Shown in pieces: positions 1 to 10,769 of a DNA stretch of 64,000 bases. The stretch is from Octopus sinensis (taxonomy: Eukaryota), in contig NC_043008.1 in NCBI RefSeq assembly GCF_006345805.1, forward strand, positions 79,546,001 through 79,610,000, in the 5' to 3' direction. Position numbers and translations under genes: made by a program. The notes under the pieces were generated by a model. It made no database searches and was not told the origin of the DNA. It worked only from the letters and a program-made list of their open reading frames with translations. Numbering within the stretch: the stretch's first letter is position 1; the number at the start of each line of letters is the position of its first letter.

Positions 1-141
1 AGGAGATAATTTTTATTTTAATAATAATGTTTACAGTGAATTACTCTGATATGAGTTTCAAGCTTCAAGTACCTGTTTCCAAATTGAAAAAAATGTATGT
101 TTTAGGGGTTGCTTAAATAGCAAAAGATTTTTTCTTACAAG

Positions 142-722
142 TATCATCATCATCATTTAACGTCCACTTTCTATGCTAGCATGGGTTGGACGATTTTGAC
201 TGAGGGCTGGTAAGCCAGATGACTGCACCAGGCTCCAATCTTGATATGGCAGAGTTTCTACAGCTAGATGCCCTTCCTAACGCCAACCACTCCGAGAGTG
301 TAGTGGGTGCTTTTTACCGGCACGGGGGCCAGTCAGGCAGTACTGGTAATGACCTCGCTCGAATCTTTTTACACATGCCACCGGCACAGGTGTCAGTGAA
401 GCGACGTTGGTAACGATCACGCTCGAATGGTGCCCTTGTACGTGCCACGGGTACAAAAGCCAGTCGGCTGCTCTGGCAACGATCATGCTCGGATGGTGGG
501 GTACGGAAGCCAGTTGGTTGCTCTGGCAACGATCACGCTCGGATGGTGCTCTTGGCATGAGTGCCAGTAAGGCAACGCTGGTAACAATCATACTCAAATA
601 GCCGCTCTGTTAACGATCACACTCGTATGGTGATCTTTGCACCCCACTAGCACAGATGCCAGTCATCGAATTGATTTTGATTTGATTTTGATTTTGATTT
701 CACTTCCCTCGACAGGTCTTCG
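142..722 (-). mobile_element. 5'-truncated RTE 3'-UTR fragment with internal ~55-65 bp minisatellite and (GAT)n tail
   Basis: Reverse complement of the ...GGACGTTAAATGATGATGATGA tail at 142-170, repeated GGCAACGATCACGCTCGGATGGTG units; same family as 54930-55485, which is continuous with an RTE ORF. Confidence 0.7.
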
Positions 723-779
723 CAAGCAGGGTTTAGTGACATACAAAAAAAATACACAGAAAGAGAAAATATAAAAAAT

Positions 780-840
780 TAAAATTATCTATTTATAAAT
801 TTATAAAATTATCTATTTATAAATTTATAAAATTATCTAT
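780..840. repeat. AT-rich 24-bp tandem repeat (ATAAAATTATCTATTTATAAATTT) x~2.6
   Basis: Direct inspection. Confidence 0.8.
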
Positions 841-850
841 CTCCGACGTT

Positions 851-2690
851 TTGGTGGCGAGGTTAGCCCTCGACCAACACTTCAACGCCAAACATGAAGG
901 GCGTGTTGTCAGAGCTAGGATGCGTGCTCTAAGGAATGAAGGTGTTGGAGCCACAAGAGAGGCCCGGGTGGCAGAGGCACAACAGGGTTTGGATGGTCTA
1001 CCCTACGAGCTTTACAGTTGTATGCCAGACTTGTTTGGAGACGTCTTGGCAGCGGTGTACTGCAACTGGCAGCAAAACAGGAGCATTCCTGGTTTTGTGA
1101 GCCGAGGAGCCGTAACACTACCGAAGAAAGATCTAAACAAGGGAGATGTAATAAATAACTTTAGGCCCATCACTCTGCTTAATGCAGACTTGAAAATTTT
1201 GGCCAAGGTGTTAGCCAAGAGGTTGGCGCTTATCATCGAGAAACTGGTCAAAAAGGCGCAAACGTGCGCCGTGCCAGCCCAGAGCATCCATGACAACCTC
1301 CACCTGATGCGCTACATCATAGACAGGGTAGTTAAGGAACCTGGCATGGGTGGGGCGCTAATCAATTTGGATCAATTGAAAGCTTTCGATAGGGTAGACC
1401 ATCGATACTTGGAGGCTGTCCTCAGAGCACTGGTTTCGGTCCCGTCTTCTGCGGCTGGATAGCCGCTTTGTACAGAGGCATCCGTTCGGTAATTCACATA
1501 AATGGACATCTATCGAGACCTTTCGACATTGTACGTTCTTGTCGCTGCTCTACGTAATGACTCTCGAGCCATTATTGCGGAAGCTGGCAACTCTGAGGGG
1601 CATCTCACGAGAATTGGGATGCGAGATGAGCATGTCTGCATACGCGGACGACGTCACCGTCATAGTGTCTAGCCACGAGCACATCGAGCTGGTCGGCGAG
1701 ACACTGAAAGACTACGAAGCGGTGACAGGAGCGAAAATCAACGGGGAAAAATCAGTGGGCTTGTGACTCGGCACCTGGAGAAGCAAGCCCATGCCGTCCA
1801 CCAGTGCCTCCGTCGTGGGGCGCTGGACCGACGGTCCGGTCGAGTTGCTCGGGGTCTGGTTTGGTCCCGACCTCCAACTGGAGAAAAACTGGAACGAGAT
1901 AACGAGTTGGGTGGTCACTCTCGCCTGGCAATGGGCCGAGAGGAAGCTGTCCCTAAAAGGTCGGGCGGAGGTGGCTAACTCGTACATCGCGTCTGTCATC
2001 TACTACCGCCTGACCGTCGTGCTTTGTCCCGACCCTACCATTACCAAACTAGAACGCATTCTCTTTCGTTTCTTGTAGAAAGGATGCGTCCCGATGGTCA
2101 GGCGATCCATTTGCCGTGGTTGATGATGCGCAGACACGCGCTGAGACAGCGACATCTCAGGCTCTACGTAGACGACGGTGAACAGGTGTGGTCGCCGTTT
2201 GTGAGGCACGCTTTCCCGCAACACGTCTCTATGACCGAACTGCAGTCGTGGATCAAAAAGAGGCCGAGGAAGGGCGAATGGCACCGCGAATGTCGCGTTG
2301 CTCTCAGGCAACTATGCCATCCTGGGTCAACCTTGAGTGACTTCAACACAACCAAAGCATTCTATAGGGGATTAGTGGAAGGGAGGTACGACGACGAGCT
2401 CGGGGCGAACCTGGACGTCGACGAGGAATACCTGACCCGCCTGTTCAGGACGACTTTCGAGACAGGGCCCATGGACAACTTCCAAAGATCCCTGGCCTGG
2501 CAGTGCTACCGAGAAGCGCTACCTGTTCAGGATAAGCTCTACAGACACGGCTCGAGAAACACGGGGCCGACCTGCCGGAGATGCGGTCAGAGCGACGAAA
2601 CCGTTCTGCACGCAATCGTGCAGTGTCCAACAATTTCCGATCTGTGGGCTTATGTCGAATGACTGTTGTCACATGTGGGACGAGTCAGTC
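851..2690 (+). mobile_element. L1/Tx1-clade LINE ORF2 fragment (RT plus C-terminal zinc finger), decayed
   Basis: FRPITLLNADLKILAKVLAKRL, DQLKAFDRVDH, SAYADD, CRRCGQSDETVLHAIVQC across several frames; frameshifts, stops and an internal deletion near 985. Confidence 0.9.
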
Positions 2691-4800
2691 AGCTACAGGA
2701 AGTTGATGGTGGATACACTTTTAACTGGATGGGTAAACCTTACGAAGTAGAGAAAGAGGCAGGTGTTAGGTTTGCTATTCGGAATGACCTGGTGAAGCAT
2801 CTTGAATCTCTTCCTGTTGGCATTAGTGAAACACTCATATTATTGCATGGGCATCTATTTGCAGCTGCTCTGCTCCAGCCATGAATTCAAATGAAGCAGT
2901 CAAAGAGCAGTTCTACTCTGAGCTACACAGCCAATTGAGAGATGTCTCCATCCATGATAAACTTCTTCTCCTTGGTGATTTCAATGCACGTGTAGGTTGT
3001 GATACATCCACAAGGGGTGATGTAATAGGGAAGTGTGGGGTTGGCAAAGCAAACTCAAACAGCCATCTGCTGCTATTGTTTTGCAGTGAGCATGGACTTT
3101 TGCTTAACAATACTATTTGCCAACTCTCAACCACTTCAAAACTACCTGGAATCATCCCTGATCAAACCATTGATTACATAATTATGAGGGCTTCCATGAA
3201 GGAAGATGTCCAAGTAACACGTTCTTTCTCCATTGGGGAGTGTTGGTCTGACCATAGACTGATATGATCAAAGGTGAATTTTACTATCTGCAGTCCTATT
3301 CGTAACAATCACACTCGACCAATTCAAAAAGTGGTTGTAACAAAGCTGAGGAACAATGACAATTTAACTTCATTTCAGACAACATATGACAACAAACTTG
3401 TCATCTCAGGCAACACAGATAGTGATTCAGCACGGTCTACTTTTAAAATGCTGTATTTGGGTCATCTTGTGAGACATTTGGGTATGTTAATAGGAAGCAC
3501 CAAGATTGTTTCAACTCAAATAATCCAAACATCTATCCTCTTTTGGACAATGTGCACAAGTACTACTGTCAATAGATATGAAATAAAAATAATACCACAC
3601 AATGCAACAAGTTTAAAAGGGCCAGAAAGACATGCAAATGGAACAGATATAGTGATAAAAGAAGGCATCATAGTTGCAGGATGCTGAGGATAGATGTGAC
3701 TTCAGGTCATTCTATCAGGATTTAAAGAATGCTTTTCGATAAGTGTCTGGTGGCTCAACTCCCATACTTTCAATATCGAATAATCTTCTGACAGATAAAA
3801 AGATCACAAAGCGCTGGGTCGGGCATTCTTCAAATGTTCTGAATATGGACTCAATCGTTGATGAAGAACTGATCAACAACCTACCACAGAGGCCTGTCCC
3901 TGGAGAAGTCAGTTCTTCCATCAAATTGCTGAGATAAAAAAGGTCATAAAACAGCTCACAAATGGAAAGTCATCTGGGAACACCTGCCAAGATATATAAA
4001 TGTGGTAGCAGTTTCTGGTTGAGCAAGTTGTGTGAACTCTTCTCCTTAATCTGAGTATCAGGATCAATCCCACAGGAGTTTAAAGATGCTTCTTTTGTCC
4101 ATCTTTATAAGCACAAAGGCAGCAAATGTGAATGTGACAACCATAGGGGCATCACCATTTTGTGTGTTGCCAGGAAGATCCTTTGAAGGGTTATCTTATA
4201 CAGACTAGGTGGTGCCTGTGCCAGCTTAGTGTTGCTTGAATCTCGGTTTGGATTTTGGGCTGGTAGAGGCACAATGGATATAATTTTTAGCATAAGGCAG
4301 CTGCAGGAAAAGATTCATGAGCACAACCGAGACTTTTTGTCACTTTTGTAGATCTAACTAAAGCTCTCAACACCATTTCTAGGATGCTATTTGGGTTGTC
4401 TTAGAAAGCTAGGTGTTCCTGAAAAGATGCTCAATATCACCATTTCTTTCCATCAAGGGATGATAGCTTCTATCAGATCTAGCAGAGAAGTGTCTGATTC
4501 ATTCACAGTCTCAAATGGCACAAAACAAGGCTGTGTTCTTGCGCCACTGTTATTTGCTTTGTACTTCTCCATCATGTTGGAAATAGCATTCGAGTGTGTT
4601 AAAGAAGGAGTAAAGTTTGAGTACAGAACTAGTGGTGACTTGTTCAATTAACAGTGCTTCAGAACAAAATCTAAGACTTTGGTGCAAACAGTTTGAGATT
4701 TGCTCTTCACAGATGATTGTGCACTTGTTGTACACTCTCTTGAGGACATACAAGGGAATCTAAACAACTTCTCCTGTGCATTGAAGGATTTTGGTCTGAT
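2690..4800 (+). mobile_element. RTE-clade LINE, old and 3'-truncated (APE endonuclease plus RT)
   Basis: GYTFNWMGKP..EKEAGVRFAI, LLLGDFNARVG, IDYIIMR, QGCVLAPLLFALYFS, DLLFTDDCALV; many stops. Confidence 0.85.
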
Positions 4801-4983
4801 CATCATTCCATCAACGTGTGGATGCTACTTGCTCTCATTCATACTTTACATTTAAATTTCTGTAATTTTGAATTTGAATTTTTATCACTTCTTATTTTGA
4901 ACTTGACAAAGACAGAGGTACTGTTGAAATATCGTTCAACTAATAAAATATCTTACAATCGAATCATGCTCTTCGTCTTGACT
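4796..4983 (+). repeat. PLE-1 5' pseudo-LTR
   Basis: Near-identical to 9813-10002 (CATTCCATCAACGTGTGG...CTTCGTCTTGACT). Confidence 0.9.
4897..4939 (+). ncRNA. Minimal type-I hammerhead ribozyme (U3-A8 core variant)
   Basis: TTGAAC-[TTGACAA]-A-GACAG aggta CTGTT-[GAAA]-TA-[TC]-GTTCAA: stem I 6 bp, stem II 5 bp, palindromic ATAT stem III. Confidence 0.75.
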
Positions 4984-5058
4984 GTTTACCGTTGTGAAGA
5001 GTTACATCAATCCTTTTTTAAAATATAAAAAATCAAGTAGATTGAAATAATTGATTTT

Positions 5059-8000
5059 ATGGTACACAGAATAAGAATTGGATCATATAGAAATTCTAGA
5101 AGTCACCAAAGCAGCCGGGTGTCTAAGGAAAATCGTAATGTAAATTACAGCTTTTGCGTTTTATTCCTTCTCACAGTTGGCTTGTCAGCCCTGTTAGTTT
5201 CGCTAGACCCCAGTGTTGAACCCAATCCTGGGCCCATGAATCAGAAATTGAGAAATCGACATTTCTATCAGTGAAAAAACTTAATCGTTTTTGTACTAAA
5301 ATCAAGAGCCATCTATCATTTCTGGAAACATGCAAACAAGAAAAAGTTATACCGAACGGTCTTACATCAAATATACCAATATGTGCATCAAAGCCTGACA
5401 ATTCATTGCTTCAAAAGTTTTAATTAAATGGTGAGTGCAATTCATTTAACATAACGGAAGCTATTATTGAACGCTATTGTTCAAAATTAATACTGCTTGA
5501 TGCAGACATTAAGGAGATTTCGAGTGTCCTAGAAAAGGTATGTTCTTCAAAAAATTGTTTGAACTTTTTGTGTAACTGTTTGCTGAACTTTGAAAAAAAG
5601 GAAATTTCAGCCCTAAAGACAAAAAAAGAAAAGAAGCTCAAAAAGCTAATTTCCCATTCCCCTGAGCCAGTGGGCAAGAGAGCATTTTGGTTGAGAAGAT
5701 TTGCTTTGAAATATGAGGAGAAGTCGTTTTTACGTTCAGGACAAATGTTATGTGATGCCAGGTTGAAAAACGTAACGGAAAATTTTCCAGAAATTCCAAT
5801 ACAACCAACCATTTTTTCTCACACAGAATTTCTAAAATACAATCCACACCGCACACAGGAAAAATCATTTTGTTTTGTCAACTAATTTTTTCGGTAATGT
5901 TTATATTTATGACAGTTTGAATTTACCAGTTTCACAGGAACTAATGACACAAATAACAACATTGTATTCACCACAGACAAACATTATTCCTACAATTCAA
6001 CAAGTTCATATAATTAATCCCCAAGTTGGTGCATATGATTGTGGCCTTTTTGCTCCAGCATATGCATTTGAACTGGTCATTGGAAACACTCCAGGGAAGT
6101 TTCTATTTGATCAGTCAAAAATGCGAGCACATTTAAGATTTTGCCTCGAAAACGATAAATGTGTTCCTTTCCCGAAAGTAAAGGTTTTTCAAGTGCCTAC
6201 AAAAACCACAGAAGTCACTCACTTTCTATCACCCACCCAGAAATGGATTACCCCTAGAAAGACGACTAAAAATTATAACTTCTCACATGAACGTTCAGAA
6301 CAAATTTTATCACCCAATAGGTTCCGTGTTTTAAGAAAAGATTTCGAGCAAAGCCCAAAGAGTAGTTAGGAATCTAATGAGAAAAAGATTCTGAAAACCA
6401 CTTGCCCTAGAAAAACCATCACACTAGAGAATAAGTCGGTCATAAATTTATCTAAACTAAAACTTTCGCCCGACGATGTCTCTGTCTTAGAGCTTGGACT
6501 GAGTTTTTGCCCAAGCACTAAGAATTTCGACAAGAATAAACTAGCTCAAGGGCTATTTCAGTTTGTCCGCCGCCACAAGCTGAAAGAATATTTTTTTGAA
6601 AAACTGGTAACAAGGAGTCAGAAAACCCTATGTTTACAAAAAATAAAAATGATGATGATCGAATCTGGCATAATTGGATTGAAAAGAATCCCAAATGGTA
6701 TCCAGATAAAGTTCAGGATGGGCGTTCACAAGCACTACTGGAATTTCTTGAATCTTGTCAAGTGGAAAGAAATCCTGGAACAACCTCACAAATTCCCAAC
6801 GTTATGCACTCCAACGTCTAGCTAATAACAATTCTATTGTTATTAAGATGGCAGATGAGGGAGGCGCTATCGTAATTATGGACAAAAGTGAGTATATTTC
6901 GGCCTGTGAAGAAGTTTTAAATGACAAAACTTCATATAAAGAATTACCTGTCGATCCAAACCCCAATTACAGAGATGAACTTGACAAAATAATTCTGGAA
7001 ATGGAAGAAAACAATTTCGTTAATAAGGCTGAATCTAAGGTAGGTCAGAAAGAAGAACACCTGTATTTTATGATCTCCCTAAAATACACAAAAAGTTCGA
7101 AAGATTTCCTCCAATGCGCCCAATTTGCAGCAGATATGAATGTTGCATGGCCAAAATTTCAGAATGGCTGGATGGCTTCCTACTCCCCGCCGTAAAACGA
7201 TCAAGTTCCTATATTCGGGATACCTTTGATTTTGTATCTAAAATCAACAACTTTTTCAAGTACCGAGGCCATATTGAGAACTGTTTTTTTGGTAACCATA
7301 GATGTTTCTTCCTTATATCCTAATATTGACCATAATGAAGGGGTAGAAGCATGCATTGATGCCTTCGAAAAGCAGTCAAACAAAAGCATATCATCAAATT
7401 TTCTCAGTAAATTATTGAGGTTTGTGTTATAAAGTAACACAATGAAGTTTAGACAAAGATTTTACCACCAGACGAAGAGTTGCACCATGGGTACCCCCAT
7501 GGCAGTTAATTTTGCTAATGTCTTCATGACGAAATTTGAGACACAGTTACTGAAGACATTTAAATCCCTTCATGGTCATGAACCAATACTCTGGTTATGG
7601 TTCATTGACGATGTATTTTTTGTCTGGGAAGGATCACAGGATAGTTTAATGGACTTCTTGCATTTCTGTGACTGTTATGCGAGAAACTATGGCTTTAAGT
7701 CCAACATAAAATTTATGTCTAGCTTTTCAAAAACTAGCGTTGAATTTTTAGACACAAAAGTCAAGTTTTCTGGAGGTAAAATAACGACAGAGTTATTTTG
7801 CAAGCCCACGTCATCCCACATTTATCTCCACTGCCGCTCCGATCATCCACACCATCTTATTCGGTCAAATCCGAAATCCCAATTTTTGAGGATAAAACGG
7901 ATTTGTGCTGACATAGGGGATTACTGGAAACATGCAAAGGCTTTTGTATGTCATTATGTCAAACGTGGTTACAGTGAATCACGATCAAAGGAAATAGCAA

Positions 8001-8733
8001 AGATAGCCAAACCTATACGCATAATTTTAGCAAACACAATACAAAAGATGACAGAATTCCTTTAGTGATTAACTGGCACTGACATTTCGCTGGCATTTCA
8101 AAAGTGTTGCATGAAAGTTAACTAGCATGTGGCAAAAGAATATCCTACCTTCAAACAGATATTTACTCAGCCGCCTATTGTAGCCTTTAGACGGAATAAG
8201 AATATAAGAGAATTATTGAATTCTATATCTGACTCCAAGAAAACAAACATTGGAGTATCTACACGCTGTACTTTAAAGAACAGCCGCAAGAGAGGTAAGC
8301 CCTGTTCATTGTGCAACAACATGAGTAAAGTGAATTTCGTCAGAAATCATAACAGAAATGTTATGATTTATACAGAAGGTGGAACATGTAAAGATTTCCA
8401 TTTGGTGTATGCTGCTGAATGCACGAAGCACAACTTAATTTATGTTGGTTGCACAACAGAACAATTAAACAAAAGGTTTAATGGGCACAGATTCGACGTC
8501 AACACAATAACAGTAGTTCGACAGAATTTGCTGAACATTTCGTTTCAAGCGGCTGCAATGTTGAAGAAGACTTGAAAGTGCATATTCTCAGAAAATATTC
8601 TAAATCTGCTTCACTTTCACTTCTCAGAATGTATGAGGAGAAATATGTTTGCAGGTTATTAACATCACGCCCTGGAGGAATGAATAAGATGACAGGAGAA
8701 TATCATCAAATTTATACAAAGCTGTTTGATTGA
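5059..8733 (+). pseudogene. PLE-1 polyprotein (2A-like leader, PLE N-terminal domain, C48-like protease, RT, GIY-YIG); frameshifted
   Basis: SHLSFLETC..VIPNGL, KKEKKLKKL, NLSKLKLSPDDVSVLELGLSFCP, DVSSLYPNID, MGTPMAVNFANVFM, WFIDDVFFVW, CSLC...LVYAAECTKHNLIYVGCTT..LNKRFNGH. Confidence 0.85.
5690..6180 (+). pseudogene. Ulp1/C48-family cysteine-protease-like domain inside PLE-1 ORF
   Basis: NHFVLS (His 5866), YDSL (Asp 5911), PQVGAYDCGLFA (Gln; Cys 6040), then FDQSKMRAHLRFCLE...PFP. Confidence 0.75.
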
Positions 8734-8742
8734 ATATTCTTC

Positions 8743-9686
8743 TGGATCTTTTCTTTTTGAAGGCCAGATTTTCCTAGTTAACTAAAAAATTTGAAACTTC
8801 GTATATTGGTAGAATGTGTCAAAAGAAAACGTTACTGTAAACAAAATTGAAAACAAAATTGTAATTTGTAACTTAAACGTAGTTTAATTTTTACGAATAT
8901 TAACCAATGAAATCCCAACATTGCTGCGTTATCGATATTGATAAAGAAATATAGCAGACGCACGACACACACACACATTTGCACAAGCACATAGTAATTA
9001 ATATATAAGCGTACACACACATACAAACGGACATATACATACACACACATACGCACACAAGCAAAAATACACGTTGTGTTTTGCCACTTGCCGCAACAAA
9101 TTTGCACAGAAGGAGGGGTGGGGTCAATGTTTCATCATTTCGGGGTCGATAAATTAAGTACCAATTACGCACTGGTGTCGAGGATTTTTTTCCCAATTTA
9201 TATCACAGCTTCCGACAAGCTGGGGGCATCCTTTTATGAAAAAATATTTCGCAAATCTTTACAATACGACTCACACTCCACGCGCAAACTCAAGACCGAT
9301 TTAGGCATATTATTGTTTTGTTTTTGTTGTTTCTGGCCCTTCAAAACCATGGGAGAAGCCTTTTCGGTAAAAAAAAAAAAAGAAAGAAAATATTCAAAAA
9401 ATATCGTTAATATTTTTATTGGGCGACGAAATTAATCGATTTAAGAGATATAGCTGTTATTTCTAGCACATGTAGAAGACAGAAGAAGAGGTAAATAATT
9501 TGAGCTCGAATGCTGCGATTTCATTGGTTAAAATTCTTAAAATTAAACTACGTTAAGTTACGAATTACAATTTTGTTTTCAATTTTGTTTACAATAATGT
9601 TTTCTTTTGACACATTCTACCAGTATACGAAGTTTCAAATTGTTTAGTTAACTAGGAAAATCTGGCCTTCAAAAAGAAAAGATCCA
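8743..9686. mobile_element. Non-autonomous TIR element (MITE-like), ~170-bp TIRs, TG...CA ends, 6-bp TSD TTCTTC
   Basis: TGGATCTTTTCTTTTTGAAGGCCAG... at 8743 mirrored by ...CTGGCCTTCAAAAAGAAAAGATCCA ending 9686; TTCTTC at 8737-8742 and 9687-9692. Confidence 0.75.
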
Positions 9687-9812
9687 TTCTTCTTTCTCTC
9701 TTTTTCTTTCCTTTTTTTCTGTCGTCTTCTTTTTTCTGTTTTTCTTTTCTGTCTTTATTTTCTGCCTTTTTCTTTTCGCCTGTTATAAAGTTATAAAATT
9801 GTAACTTAAAAA

Positions 9813-10001
9813 CTGATGATATCATTCCATCAACGTGTGGACGCTACTTGCTCTCGTTCATACTTAACGTTTAAATTTCTGTAATTTTGAATTTGAATTT
9901 TTATCACTTCTTATTTTGAACTTGACAAAGACAGACGTACTGTTGAAATATTGTTCAACTAATAAAATATCTTACAATCGAATCACGCTCTTCGTCTTGA
10001 C

Positions 10002-10002
<1 letters not shown>
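9813..10002 (+). repeat. PLE-1 3' pseudo-LTR
   Basis: Direct repeat of 4796-4983. Confidence 0.9.
9916..9958 (+). ncRNA. Second copy of PLE-1 hammerhead ribozyme
   Basis: TTGAAC-TTGACAA-A-GACAG acgta CTGTT-GAAA-TA-TT-GTTCAA. Confidence 0.72.

Positions 10003-10053
<51 letters not shown>
10002..10053. repeat. (ATT)n microsatellite
   Basis: Direct inspection. Confidence 0.95.
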
Positions 10054-10055
<2 letters not shown>

Positions 10056-10311
10056 ATTAATAGTACTAGAAATATAAGAACTTTTAGTTATATTAAAACA
10101 CTTTTACAATCTAAATCACAAAGTGACAAACTATTTTACAATTTACGTTCAGATATAATAATTATAAAATAATAATAATAAAATAAATGTACGTATCTAA
10201 ATTATCATTAACAAATAAAAAAATTAGAAATTCATATTTAACAATCAATACTTATATAGAGTACGTTAATATTATTTTTATAATTTTATTATATTTAATT
10301 TTTATCTTTTT

Positions 10312-10735
10312 ACTAGCAGTATCGCCTGACGTTGCTCGGGTTTGTTTCAACCCTTTAGAATTGGAATTTTTGAAAAGTAAAAATTTTACCTTATGTAGCT
10401 TGTTATTCTCTTTAAGTGAACATTTTTCTGGTTGAAATACACCGAAAAATGGCGACACAGCAGTCAAAAAATCGTAAAAAATAGGGATTTTCATAGAAAA
10501 AAAGCACCTTTTTGATGTAAATAATTTTTGGTGTTAACATGGTCCGATTTGAAATTTTTCTTCTACGGAAGGAAGAGCAAGCCTTCTATCATACTTTCAA
10601 TTTTGGTCAACTTGCGCCACAGGGTCTCGGAGGAGATAGTGTTAGTTGAAGGCTACCAAACCTTGATTTTTTTTATTATCCATAAGGACATACATAAAAT
10701 GGACGATACAATCACGGATGATTTTACATATAAAG
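10312..10735 (+). mobile_element. Helentron/DINE-1-like non-autonomous element (HINE)
   Basis: T-run flank, ACTAG start with short GC hairpin (CCTGACGTTGCTCGGG), end GATTTTACATATAAAG. Confidence 0.5.
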
Positions 10736-10769
10736 CGCAATTTGGGGTCGATAAAAATTTAACATGATT

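Larger units (their letters stand above)
4796..10002 (+). mobile_element. Penelope-like element PLE-1 with direct pseudo-LTRs
   Basis: ~190-bp direct repeats at 4796-4983 and 9813-10002 flank a decayed RT-GIY-YIG ORF; the 3' end abuts (ATT)n. Confidence 0.9.

Noticed and set aside
9813-9822. CTGATGA at the start of the 3' pseudo-LTR as a hammerhead core
   Set aside because: No matching stem II and GAAA downstream; the supported motif is at 9916-9958
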